64,000 nucleotides of DNA from Rhizodiscina lignyota. Taxonomy: Eukaryota. The stretch's first letter is position 1; every line of letters starts with the position of its first letter. Positions 24,148-36,882 of the stretch are shown here, piece after piece. Under the pieces are notes generated by a model. It did not search any database, was not told the DNA's origin, and saw nothing but the letters and a program-made list of their open reading frames with translations. The DNA lies in NCBI GenBank assembly GCA_010015805.1, contig ML978137.1, positions 62,001-126,000 on the forward strand, in the 5' to 3' direction. The position numbers and the translations under genes are program-made.

Positions 24148-25369
24148 GGCAATGGTAATGCTGCGGCTAGAGACTAAACATAAGATTACCTTTCCCTATA
24201 TCTCTATCGACTAAGATTGTACGTTTCCGCATGTTTATGGTTGCAGCAAGGTCGCTATGCCGAAAACGGAAATAACCCCCGAGAACCGCAACTTTCACTC
24301 TACCATTGAATCACGACGTCCAAAAATTACATTCTCGTAGCTATTATACCAGTACCTTCTACACATCCAACGTATTCTGCCTCAAAGTCGTCTTCCTTAA
24401 GAACCGCAAGCTCAACCATCAGTTGTGTCTTTACCCTGTCCCCCACGCAGCTCGCCACTCGGCCTGTAAAGCTTCTTCGAGAACACTCAAACTCAAGAAA
24501 AAAGCGAACTGGTTATTTTGCGCTTGCACCGTTTGAATGCCTTCAAGAGACATCTCTGGAAAAGGGGTGCCAGTCCATCTGGATTCTCGTGGAGCTCGGC
24601 GAATCTCAGGAGAAAGAACAAAGTGGGTGTGGTCATGTGGATTCTGGCATTCTTTTCGGCTTCGGTACAAAGGACCCGTATCCCGGGTGCCTTGCGCGCC
24701 CGGATTTTACGTGCAATTATCGAATTTCGGTGCATACCCCCTAACATGCCCCTATAAGTCCGGGTGCCCTAGTACCGGGCCGAGGAATGCCGTATCGACA
24801 AGGGGGATAAGATCGCAAAATTAGTCTCAGCGACTACGGTATAGCTGAATGATAGCTAGTATTTTCAATTGTCTGCTCGCTTTGCTTGAACCGGCAGCTG
24901 GGAGCTTTATACAAGTACACTGTGTGAGAGAGATATCCTTTTTCAGATCCTTTTCTAGAGATGTGAAGCATGAGTGGGTAAACGAGCTAAGCGATTGGCT
25001 TCGCTTAGGTCCGGGATATGGGGCGCTTCACCACCAATGGCTCGGTGCGTCGGTACCGAGATTTGCGTGCTTTTGCACCGAGAGCAATTCTCTTTCAACC
25101 TTTCTCCTGAAACCTAACATAACCTTTAAACAACTATCCACAAGAACAGTCTATTATAACACATAGACGCGCTCTCTACGACCTTGTATCTTTTTTCGCC
25201 CTTTTTTGTTTCCAATTCAACTTCTTTCTCTATTCTGACAAAGACTCTTTGACGTCCATGTCTCTTTGAGCTATGGCTTTCGCGTCGCCTGGCGGCATAT
25301 TTGAGCTGCTGAGCTCGCTTTTCGTCTGTCTCCATTCACTAAATCTGAATCTCTTTCTACAATTTCACT

Positions 25370-25849
25370 ATGAAGTCAATCTTGAGCCTTGGAATAATTT
25401 CGACATACTGTTTCGCAGTTCTTGCTGCCCCACCTCCCCTGCACGCCTTCCGTTCGAAGGATAACTCGACCGCCAATCAAGACTTCATGAACCGCAGCGC
25501 TCTTCGCAGAAGTGACGCGTGCTCTACATGGCGAGGATTATGTCATAAGTATGCGCAGAATCCTTCTTATTATTCTAATGAGCTACAGAACTGCCATGTA
25601 TGGCATCGCGTCTGCAAGCAGCTCTCGTCGCCAGCCGCATCAGCGCATGAATCGAAAGTCACACATGCGCCGTGCCCGACCGCAGGAGGCGAACAGTTTT
25701 CTACTAGTCTCAAATTTTACACCGTCTCTGGCAAACTTCTGGTCCAGCCAATCCTCTTTCAAACGACCTATTCCACGACATGGCAGGCTAGAACACACAA
25801 GGTGACGCGAACAGCAATAGATGTGGCACCAGCAAAGAGGACACCATAA
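25370..25849 (+). CDS. Small secreted cysteine-containing protein (effector-like), 159 aa
   Basis: Signal peptide MKSILSLGIISTYCFAVLA-AP, a dibasic LRR before the Cys core, and two CxxWxxxC motifs. Confidence 0.6.
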   Translation: MKSILSLGIISTYCFAVLAAPPPLHAFRSKDNSTANQDFMNRSALRRSDACSTWRGLCHKYAQNPSYYSNELQNCHVWHRVCKQLSSPAASAHESKVTHAPCPTAGGEQFSTSLKFYTVSGKLLVQPILFQTTYSTTWQARTHKVTRTAIDVAPAKRTP

Positions 25850-27360
25850 AAAGCCAAACTCAATTGGGACCCGGACTAATATCCGACTGGCCTGGGGAAG
25901 TGCTGAGATGGCCGCTGCTTCTTGTCTTTCGAGCGTACTTGTTTTTCTTCGTTGCATCATCTCTAGCAAATAATGGACGTCCAGTTCTTTAACAATGGCT
26001 TCCTGATTCACCGAGACCTGCTCGGCGCCTGTACCGCTCTCATTCGGTCTAGTTTCCTTCTTCGGAGAATGCATACTGCTTCGCTGCGCTCTGTAATCGG
26101 CTCGCCTCATTGCCCCTCTTCATCCAAAAACCATGCCGCACTTTGACCGCGGTCCTCTCATTCAGACTCTTCTGGACACCGTCTTTATCACCGGACCGTT
26201 CCTCGGGTTGACTTGTTTGAATTTATTCAGTGCACTTTTGGCAATGTCTTCCTTGTCTTGATGTTGGGCGATAGCTCAGGCCAGCTTGCCAGTGATGCCT
26301 GGAATCGAGCCGTCAATTAATTTAGATGCTGAGAAGAAGTTGAACGAGAATCACAGAGATGTACCTTGCTGTCACTCAAGATTAGATGTCAATTTTCAAA
26401 TACTAAAGACGTAATATGAAGTCATATCACGGATCTCCAACACTTGACGTGATGGGTATGGTCGTCAGAGTTCTCACCCAACTGTGGAATATAGTCATCG
26501 TCTTGTGAGATCAACTTGATCTAGGTGAGAAATAATTCCATGACGCGCAATGGTGGGGCTCAACAGTCAGTAACGTGTACGATAGGGTTTCCACTTGAAA
26601 GTAAATTCAATTTGATATCATATAGAGTCCATTCGCGACTGATAACACAGTCAGAAGAGTTTATCCATGGTGCGCAAGCGCAACGGAGCGACTCGGTCAA
26701 TTTGTATCGGCAAAATTATCCAAAATTTCGAATCGGCACAGAGCGGTATGTTAGATAGCAAATCCAATTTAACTGGTCTCAGGACGGTACGCGGAGCTCC
26801 ATCATCCACTTGCACTACCTACTTCAGGGTTGAAGGCCAACGCCAAGATCGATCTAAGCCATGAAGTCCTAGCAACATGAAGAGGGGTCAAATAGAATAA
26901 GCCTTAGGAGCTAGAAATAAGGTTGGCCAAGCAATCCAAGCATGTACGGTGTTCCTTCTTAACGATTAATCAGCATTCCGAGGGTAGCTGGTTGATATCA
27001 TTGGGAAAAAATTGCCAGATGTTCAGTCTCTGGCACCTCGCAATATTTGTCATCTTTCATTGCTTATCTTTCATCTGCATACGCCATTTCTTAGTGTCTG
27101 AGGTACGTTGTTACGAGTAATTGCTACAGTTCTAACAAAAAGAGGGGTCATGAAAGACTAATGATAACCTAATGTTTCCAAGATAGACACCCCTTTCTAT
27201 GAAAAGATTTGACGAACACTGAGACCAATATATGAGCAGCTGTGGCCTGTCTTGTTCTTTTACCTACGTCGTCGACAGAGTGCTCGTTGCTGATATTTTC
27301 TTATGACTTCTTCTCACCTACTCACTCATATGCTCATGCGCTCCGACTTCTTACAATAAC

Positions 27361-28706
27361 ATGTCCACTTCTCCTCCGATCCATGCACCTTGGGGCTACG
27401 AGTACCTATCGTCGGAGAAAGAAGCTTATGGAATATGGATAGCCCAGATTATGTTAAGCATCTCACTGTACGTTTGGTGCCGAGGGCGATGAAGCCGGAT
27501 TGAACTTGAGTCCTGACTGAGTTTCTTCGTCTAGGGGAGGATACACGTGGGAGGTCAGTTTAGTATCTATATAACCTATCAACTCTCAGCTAAATAGGTT
27601 ATGCAGTACGGTTCTCTCTTTCTATGCGGACTGCAAATTTGTTTTCCGCCGACGATTCAATCATGTCACCTGCCTTTACATTACAAACAGGTAACATCTG
27701 TGTGTGAAATACATTTATTGTGCTCCCTAATTGATAGTCCTATAGAGTTTCAGCTATTTTGTGCCTCTATGGCCTATTCTTCTTCAACCTCTCTACGACC
27801 GTGGACTGTGCCGTGATAAATAAGATGAGTACAGTCACAGAGAGCATTATGCAGCTCACATCAGCAGCTCTACTCTTAATAAGGTTGGTTGCTAGGCTTA
27901 ACAGTCCCTGATTATGCCTTTGCTGATAACAGTATTAGAGTATGGGTATTATACAAGGACCAAAAACATGTCTCCGTGGCCATGTTCCTGTTGATGTGAG
28001 TCCTCATTCCAGCTTTAATCTTGACTCTCTTGATAGGAAGTAACACAGGTTCCCCGGTCCGATCTTGGGTATAATCGCTTGGGCTCCTCTCAGAATCACG
28101 GAGTATCCACATAATAGTGGGTGCAGCTATATTGATATTCCACCGTCGTGGTACTACCTCCCGTTTGTGTTTCAGGCCGCCTTTGACCTCTTGGTATTCT
28201 TGTTATGCATAATCAAGGTTCGTTAACAGCGATGCGCTCTCCATTATTATATGATCAGATCATAAAAACTAATCCATACGGGAAACTCTGCAGCTCGTGA
28301 TCCTGTCCGGCGTTTCGCTTTGGACCCTAAAATCTCAATCATCCGGTGCTGTAAACAAAATCAGCCATGAATTCTTACGAGGCGGTGTAGGCGATTTTTC
28401 CCTTCTCTCCTAAAGCGCTTTGTGCTTGTTACTGACGACTTGACTTCCACTCTACAGTTCGTATATTACCTCCCAAACATACTCGTCCAGATCGTGACAA
28501 TGATCTTCATCTTCACACAGGAGTTTCCTCTCCAACTGATCACATCATCGACGGCGGATGCAATTGCGTCTGCTCAAGCGCTGAGAATTACGCGGAAACT
28601 GTGGGAGGCAAGCCAGTGGCAGCAGAACGATCTGAGATTGCCGCACATTGGCGATGACACAACCAAATCGGAGGAAGACGTGGAGGTAAATAATGTGACA
28701 GTGTGA
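27361..28706 (+). pseudogene. Multi-exon multi-pass membrane protein gene of DUF6533-like 7TM type, apparently damaged
   Basis: Hand-spliced segments: MSTSPPIHAPWGYEY..GIWIAQIMLSISL / GGYTWE / VLSFYADCKFVFRRRFNHVTCLYITNR / VSAILCLYGLFFFNLSTTVDC / IRVWVLY / SGCSY..YYLPFVFQAAFDLLVFLLCIIK / EFLRGG / FVYYL..ALRITRKLWE. One extra nucleotide near 27610 breaks the frame, and the junction at 27825-27864 is poor. Confidence 0.55.
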
Positions 28707-28813
28707 CAGTTAGATGCATCATAATCTTTCTTTTCTTGATGCAGATTGAGATGAACCAATATCAAATATTGGTTAGCAGATACTCGACTCATCTCATTCT
28801 CCAAATACTCCCC

Positions 28814-31090
28814 TCATTTCTTCAAAGTGATCGGTTCCTCCTCAACCTCGAGCTCGCGTCCGTGACGGTGGACAAGTCGACCAGTCACATCATGCTCATC
28901 GTCCCATTGAGCGACATCTTCGTCCCGAACTCTGACCAATTTATGCGTCACAGCCCCATCGCCCAAATCCTCGTAGGTTTGCCTGATCTTGTACTTCCCG
29001 AGCTTGGGGAGCAGACCGATCCACACCCAATAGTAGACGGAGCAAAAGACAATACTGTGGAGTCGCTCTGTTAGCTTGTTGCCCAGCCCATTACTGAGGC
29101 AATGGAAGTTATGATAAAGCATATTAAACTCACATCCCAACGCCGGTCGCGACATAGGTCGCATACCAGAAGCTCACATCTCCTCCAGTAGCGCCAGTAC
29201 TGGGCGGATACCATGGCATTATAAGCATGTACAGATTTGCGATTATGGTGAAGTAGATGGCAATATCCCATGCGCAGAAATCGGCTGATGGAAGTCCGAC
29301 ACGCTTACGGCGCCAGCGAAGAGCAAGAAGCCCGGTTGCGAGAGTAAAGTTGAAAAAGTTCACAGGATAAACACTCAGGTCCACCACTAGGAGCAGTAAA
29401 GTCAGTAAGAAGAAGCACATTGCTTTAATGGTGAGCATCAACTAACCGAAATTGAATGCATCCCCAGCCGGCGGTGCCAGAATCATCAACATGGTAAGGG
29501 CCTATTTGACAGAGTATGGGCCTAGTGGAGTCCCAAAGGGTCGAGTGGAGGTCCAAAATTTGGTCCATGGAAGGACGCCTTGCCTGGAAAACCCGTTATC
29601 TGATACTGGCGCACGGCAGGCAATCTGACGACTCTCGAAGACGAAATGACAAACCTTCCACATTCACGAATTGTTCGGGATTGCCCAATCAGCACCGCGA
29701 CCAAGTTTCCAAATGCGCTAACACATATCAGAAAATTAAGTCCCTTAGAAGCGGCGGTGCCACCAAAGACGTTCTGGAAGAAAATGCTGGCGGCAACAAC
29801 TTTCGACTCCAGAATCTCTGTTTTTGTTGCGGCGGAGAAGTAGGCAATGTTGGCCAAAATATAGAGGATCGTAACGATGACCAAACTCAGAGGAGCGCTC
29901 CATCTGAGTGTTTTGACCGGATTCTGGGATAATTTAGCGTCATCCGCAACATCGATGCCGCTTACAGTGAAAAAAGGGACAAATATTCAGCTTACCCTGA
30001 CTTCATTGACCACATTGAAAGCGTTCTCGTAGCCCGCATAAGAAAATATTATCTTCACCATGGCATTTGTGGCTCCATATGGCGTCGCGTCTGAAGTTCC
30101 GTTAAACGCGTCCCGGAAGTTTGCGGTCGGATCTTTGACCGAAGTATGGCCACCAAGGACAACCAGGCCGGTGATTCCTATGCTTCACGATGTTAATGTG
30201 GCGCAAGGGAAACTCGCGTCAGTATGGAAGAGCACATACAATATCAGCGTGATAAGTTTGATAAAACCAATCACGTTGGCAGCCCTCAGAGACCATCGAG
30301 TGTTGAAAACAACCACTAATTGACAGTGCGTCAGTACCATTGAGTAGAAAGTTTCTTCAGAAAGTAGATGCTCACGTAGAAAGGCAACTGTATATCCCGC
30401 AACTGCAACTCCTTTCTGCTGCCAAGCAGTCGGAGTGGTTCCACCGAGTTTGTAGAGGTATTGCGCCAGCACTGGAAGGTACATTTTAGTGAACGGACAC
30501 ATAGGTGCCTGGGGAACTTACCAATTGCATTACTGCTGCTAAACGACAAGATAACCGTTTGGACCGCAAAGACTGTCGGGAAGAAGTACCTCGGACGCGG
30601 ATAGGCCTGCTCGAGGTAGACAACTTCAGACCCAGAGCGACTGGGGAAATGTGCAGCAAATTCGAGGTATACTGCCAGCAAGCATAACGAAATGATAAAT
30701 CCAATGACCCAGTAGAATAAGGCAAGTCCAACAGACCCTGCACCCGCCAGGATGGTTGATGCTAGGACAGATCAGTCAACAGTCCGGACAGGAGAGTTTG
30801 AACTGGATTGTCTTACGAGTAGAGAAGATTCCGGTTCCGACCATCTTGCTCAAATTCAAGAAAATTACGGTGACCCATCCGACGGAGTAGCCAAGAGGAG
30901 ACTTGCTCTCAACCGGAGCACCGCTAGCCTCCTGATACGTTGGCTTGGAGGTATTTTCACCGGACGCGCCAGTGAACTGTAGGCTGCCATCGGTGAGGAC
31001 AGTCTGGTCGGGCAAAGAATCAGGGGTGCCCGACTCAGTGGCCTCAACCTTGGGATCTGCCTGTCTGGAGATGAAATTCAAGAAAGCCAT
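28814..31090 (-). CDS. MUP1: APC-superfamily amino-acid permease, high-affinity methionine permease (Mup1)-like, multi-exon
   Basis: Motifs YQEASGAPVESKSPLG, MVGTGIFST, RSGSEVVYLEQAYPRP, LANIAYF and SAFGN. Start MAFLNFISRQ at 31090. Confidence 0.85.
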
Positions 31091-31241
31091 GATGGATCCA
31101 ACGAGAAGGATGCCTAGTGTCACTGGTACCACAGGATGACAAGAAGGGCGTCCAACACTGGTTCTGGCGTGGTTCAGCGATGTCTAGGGTTTATGAGCAC
31201 CAGTATTTCGGTGCCAGGCCAGTGTACTATTTGAAAGCTGG

Positions 31242-31289
31242 ATTGCACCATATCGCAGTTTTCCAGCTTTGCTGGTCTAATTGCGCCAT
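31242..31289. promoter_or_regulatory. Two CYS-3/MetR-like bZIP sites upstream of the methionine permease
   Basis: ATTGCACCAT (31242-31251) and ATTGCGCCAT (31280-31289), each one mismatch from the Neurospora CYS-3 consensus ATGRYRYCAT, 150-200 bp upstream of the ATG. Confidence 0.45.
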
Positions 31290-32245
31290 AATTGGATGCA
31301 ACCTAAGCGTGCCATTTGGTAAGGGAAATCTCTCGACGATCTTGTGAGCTCCCAAATGAAGCAGGTGCGTGGGATGTATCGAAGTGATGTTAGATGTTCG
31401 CTCTATTGCACCTTGGGAAAGTGTAACCACAGGCCTGTCAAGCGAGTGGCTTTTCGGTTTAACATCTTTTCGTGAAACCATGCATGGCGAAGGTATTTTG
31501 GAATTTCGGTTCTTCTTGATGATCTCCGCGGTGATAGCTTTGACAAAGCTTTGGTCTCTACGAAGCGAAGTTAGCTATGTTTGTAAGCCCTAACCGTGTA
31601 AACATGGAGTTTCTTCTTAAAGCCACACCCAAAGGAACGTCCAATTTTTCCATTTTACCCTGTGTGTTACAGTAATTCGATCTTTATTTTCAAAGGAATA
31701 ACAGGGAATAAATAAACTATGAAGTGATTTTATCGTAGTTTAGCATTAGTTTCGAACTCGAATCGCAGAGGCTTTGATGGCGTGCTTACAGGAATAGATC
31801 GCGTCTGCATATGATGTGCTGAAAACAGGCGGTGCCAACCACCAGCCGCATAAAGCCACAGCCTGATCGCAGCGTAAATAAGCGATCATTGAACTCTTGA
31901 AAGCAAACTTCCAAGTATGCGCTCCACACCAGCTCGATATCTTTTTGCAAATACTTTCACCACCCCAAGCCAAGACGCCCCGCTGTTTCCGAGCCGTTTG
32001 GCCGGCGCAGCCCGATAATTGGCGTTTTCTTGACTTTGAAGACAACGCAGAAATAGACCAGGGAGGTTCCGGCGATCTTTCGGGTCTAACTGGAGCCGGA
32101 GTGTCATCTGGGTGGTGAAAGGGTTGAAGAAACTTAAGAGTGGGTGTATGATTTCAATGAGAAATAGAGAAACAAGACATGGAGTTAAAGAGGGCCTCAG
32201 GTATTTCGTATTGATGTGACCAACATACAGTGGATTATTCTTCGT

Positions 32246-33497
32246 CTACGTAAACGTGTCTGCGACAGCAGGATACTCATCCGTGCCGTATGTCGCATTC
32301 AACGTCACACGTCCAGACACCGTCCCGTCTTCGAGCCTCACCCAGCTCTCGACCGCCTTCTTCGCCAACAGCTTCTGATCCAACACGACTTGCCGCGAGC
32401 CTCTGGTCCAGGTTCCATACCCGCCATATCCGGTGTGTCGTCCGAAGCACAAGTTCAACCCATTACCGGCGAAGTCCATTCCTGGGAGTTTCGAATCCCA
32501 CTTGTTGCACCAGTCGTCTCCGTGATCGTGGCCGCTGAAGGTGGCAATCAGGCCCTTGATGCCGAGCATTGCCTTCATGAAGGGAATATCTTGGCCGGTG
32601 TAGTTGAACGTCACGCCTTGGACGTCGCCCTGCCCACTCGTCAAACCCTGTTGTGCGAGCGGATTGTCGTCATTGATTCCGGGCTCGCGATGCGGGTCAA
32701 CGCCCCGGTTTTGGAACGCAAGCATCGCATTTACGGGAATGTGATAGAAAGCCAAAGACGGGATTGTCTTTCGATACCGCGACACCAGCTGAGCATTCGT
32801 CTTCGTGAACCACTCCGCTACGGATTCGTCAACCCAGTTTGGCTGCGGAACTTCGTCGCCGTTTGATTGGGTTTCCTGGAAATAGTTGCCACCACGGCTG
32901 TCGAAGAACCAGAGAATCACTTCCGGCACCTCCTCATGGCCGTAGCCACTTTTCCCACCATATGGGTAGACCGGGAGGTAGTAGTTTGAAACCGCGGCGT
33001 CTTTACTCTCAAACATTGGCTTGGTCAAAGCATAGGGATATCTCTGTTCGCGCGCGAGGATGCCACTCCTGGAGAGGTTGAAGTCGCTGTCATGGTTACC
33101 GTAAGTCGAAGCCCAGAGCAATTTGCGCTGCACCAGCGGAGCGACAATCTTGTCGACATAGTGCGTTGAATTGTGCAGATACGTGTTCTCGCCGGTAATC
33201 AGATCGCCATTCAGGACGACAAGCTGCGGAAATTCCTTGTCCAAGACCTCGTTCATCACACGTGTTGTATTGATGTCCTGCACCGGACCCCAATCGAGGT
33301 TTTCGGCTGTACGACTATTAGCTGCGTCTAGATGTACAAGCTTGAAAATTTTCCGCACCTTCGCCATAATGCAGGTCATTGAAAACACTAATTTGGAAAG
33401 TGCCATCGCGACTGAACCTCAGTGTCTTGTCGACCGCTGGAGCGGCGAAAGCTCCAAGGGCCAGAAGCTGGACGACGAAGCACGTAATGGCGGACAT
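32246..33497 (-). CDS. Secreted calcineurin-like metallophosphoesterase (Dcr2/PAP28-29-like), 2 exons
   Basis: Exon 1 reads MSAITCFVVQLLALGAFAAP..FQISVFNDLHYGE. Further motifs are LNGDLITG, YGNHD, AFYHIP and FSGHDH. Confidence 0.88.
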
Positions 33498-34156
33498 GTC
33501 TGAAGCTTCAGAGTGAAAGAATTTGAAGCTGTGTCGAGGGAACGGCAGCGGCGTTGAAAACTGGCTGCGCGTCCGTCAACGGCGCGGCCAGACGGAATGC
33601 TTTCATATTAATATGAGTTTTGCACGGGCTCAGTTTGGAAGGTCGTCGGGCAAAGCACGCATTTCGAAGAGAATCCAGATCGAAAAGCATCACGTTGTGA
33701 GTTTGCCGCTTGCGAGAGGTTGCGGATCGCGGCAGCCAGTCACCTCCTTGCAGTAGTGCTGAGCGCCCCACAAAATAACCGTACCTCCATGAATAATGCT
33801 AAAGGAACTCAATTGCGCAATGCAAGGAACACTGCGAGATTCCCAGAATCCGGGTACAGTGTACATATGCCAAGATGGTATCCATACTTTAGTTCAACGT
33901 TGTTAATCCTTCGAGGTCCTCTCTTTGGAATGAGATGAGTTACTGTATAGCTGGACTTCTTGTCCACTGCTACTATTTGACAGAATTGGACATTTAGATT
34001 GTTAGGTTTTGGTTGTGGTAATAACACAAAAGTTTGAAACATTCTTATCATCTCAGAGTCGTCACGTCTGTCCTCCTTACCGAGTTCATCATTTGTCATA
34101 GCCACAAAAGCATTCTTTACCCGCAAAACGGTACTCTTCCACATCGACAGGTGCAT

Positions 34157-36882
34157 TTACCAGCTTCCAGGAGGGGGTCCAAACGTCTCACCCGGATTCA
34201 GCACTTTCCGAATCGCCGAGCCCGCATTGTCTAGCGTGCTCGCAACAACATTATTGCCCCACCAGTTCGGCGGCGTCGCGCCAGGGAGATAAAGCGCAAA
34301 GAATATGACAATGGTCGAAATAGCAAGGCCAGAGTCAAGCGCAGCGGAGGTGACGTAGTTGTAAGTGAGCCACCAACCCCTCTTCCTGCTACGGATAAAC
34401 TTGTTGAAGATGGTACCAACAATGCCCCAGGTGGCATAGATGAGAGGTGTAGCAGGCGGAATGTAGCCGAGGGAGCCGAACATGACTGGAGCATTAAGAT
34501 AGCGCGCGGGAGACTTGGGGAATTTGCGTGCAAGGACGTAGAAGACGACTGGCAGGATGGCACCGATGAGCCAATACCATTGCAGTTTCGCGTACACCGC
34601 GCCGGGAGAGAACATGCGCATTGGACCGATGACTCCCCAGATAATCGATGCATCTTGAAGTTGTTAGCTTAGCTCAAGAGCCTTGAGAAAGGAAGGAAGC
34701 AAACATACTGAAGAAGACACGACCATTGGGACAAGAGAATCGGTTCGGCTGTTCGAGATCGCAAATCTGATCGATATTTCCGAATGCCCAGTAGATCACC
34801 GCTACCTGAACAATCGAGCCCCACAAGCTCGCAATGCCCTGCGCCCAGAAGAGTGTTCGTGGCGGAACTTTCATATAATGGCCGAGCTTCAGATCTTGCG
34901 TATAGTACAATCCTTGTGCCATGGTGATGTAACCGTAGGTCTTGAAAGACATCATAGCGATCGGACGTCCCGGAAGCATGTAACCGACGAGGAATTCGGT
35001 GAAGACGTTGAGGCCGATCTGGATGTTTGTGATCGCTTGCACCATGCCGATGGGTACCTGAAACTGTCAGATTCTCCACGTGTAACTCGACGGAAGTGTA
35101 ATACATACAAACCAGAAACCACTGATAAGCATTGCGACAATAAATGACCACCAAGTCATATGAGTCGGATAACCTAGCATGGTTCCCATGCCCATTCCGA
35201 ACATGAAGAGGAACAGAACGTAGAACCCTGGATATTCAGCATGTTGTGTTTGGGGGTCAGGGTGTAAACTTACACCAATCAGGAGCTTCGGGATACTTTT
35301 TCATTAACCTCATGTGAACATCATCCTCCTGCTCACGTGCTGCTCTCGCGCGGTACCAAATTTCGCGCCAGTGATACAGGCCTGTGTGGACGATGACAGC
35401 AATGATGCTGGCAAAGCTGAGGCCGTAGCAAATCGCGAAGGTGGTGGATAAGAAAAGCGGCGAATAAGCCTTGTACTTCTCAATATCCAAAGTATACTCC
35501 GGCGTTAAGATCCGCGAGACGTTGTACTCTTGCTGCGTATTGTCATAGCTGTTGGAATCGCTCATAGGCAGCCATGCGCCGTAGAACCCTCCGCTGTACT
35601 GAACTCCGATTGCAGTGAGGACCATGAATACTAACAGTCCGATCATTGTGTTGGCAATCGCATGGAAGGGAGGAATCAGCGGGGAGTAAATGTAGGCCGT
35701 GATATACGTCCAATCGAATGAGATCGGCAGCAGTGACAATCCGGAAAAGCCACCAAAAAGCTGGTTCACGACAACATTATTTGGTTTGATCCAAGTGATG
35801 AACGCAAACACGCTCAGACCCTGCCAGATCCATCCTGGGAACCAGTACCATACGAAAGAGCCGATCATGACGAACAGGAACCACCGGTAGCGAGAGATGG
35901 ACCAACCGCCAGTCTGGGCTGGGTCGGATTTGGTGCGGTCATGTAGCGAGTAAAATAGAGCAGCGTTGGGAAGCATCATCGGCCAGATCATTGAAGCGGG
36001 ATAGACCAAGAAGCGTCGGAAGATACCAGCCATGCCAAAACCTATCATCTGCGTAGAGATTGTGAAGAGGAGGGCAAAGCCCCACCTGGAAGAAATTAAC
36101 AGAGTTCGAAGTTGTAATGGATCATGTTGTAAAGGTACTTACCCGAGGTTGATATTGTAGAAACCCAAAAGCGCCTCAAGACCGTACGTGCTGTAAGCGA
36201 CTCCATTTCCGAAAGTGACATTGGCCATGATAGTGATGAGAGCATGCTCTTTCATATTAAACGGGCCTGGGTTCAAGGACCATTTGTAGCCGAACGTGTT
36301 GAACTGCTTCTTCGGCAAGCATGCAGCCAATCCAAGACCGAGAGGAAATGATATCAACTGAGCAACAATACTGGTAATTGTAATGCTCGGGTTACGCAAA
36401 GAGAAGAGACAGTTGAGGCCAGAGCCAATGGTGGTGAAAATCAAGCCGAGGAACCAGGCGCGAAATGTGTTCGCTGGGAGGTCTTCATCGTATGGTCGAA
36501 CGACGGAAGCAACTTCGGGGTAGGGTGAGTTCTCTTCGAGCTCATGCTCGATGTTCACTTCGGCTTCTGCATCATGCTTGCCGATAGCACTCTCAATAGC
36601 ATCACGCTTCGACTCTAAATTCGCGGATCAGCATAAACGGTCCATGAGAATTAAATTACATCAAGTTTTACCTTCGAGGTTCGGATCCCATCGATGAAGA
36701 GTGCTAAAAGCCTTCAAATCCTTCTCGGCGACAGCAGCCTGCTCGTCGTAGGACGGAATTGGGCTCTCGCGCGAGCTGACCGCAGTGACGTCCGCACCGG
36801 CCTTCTCATCTCCCACAGCATTTCGCTGTACAGAGTCTGTATCGCGGCGGCTCACAGGCCAAGGTCTGCGAAAGTTGGGCAT
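34157..36882 (-). CDS. OPT-family oligopeptide transporter (isp4-like), multi-exon
   Basis: Signature motifs ENSPYPEV, NPGPFNMKEH, YPEAPDW, DLKLGHYMKVPPR and YNYVTSAALDSG. Confidence 0.93.

Noticed and set aside
25640..26300. Minus-strand 156-aa ORF overlapping the small secreted protein, plus upstream fragments
   Set aside because: Unrecognisable and interrupted; could be a relic but cannot be supported.
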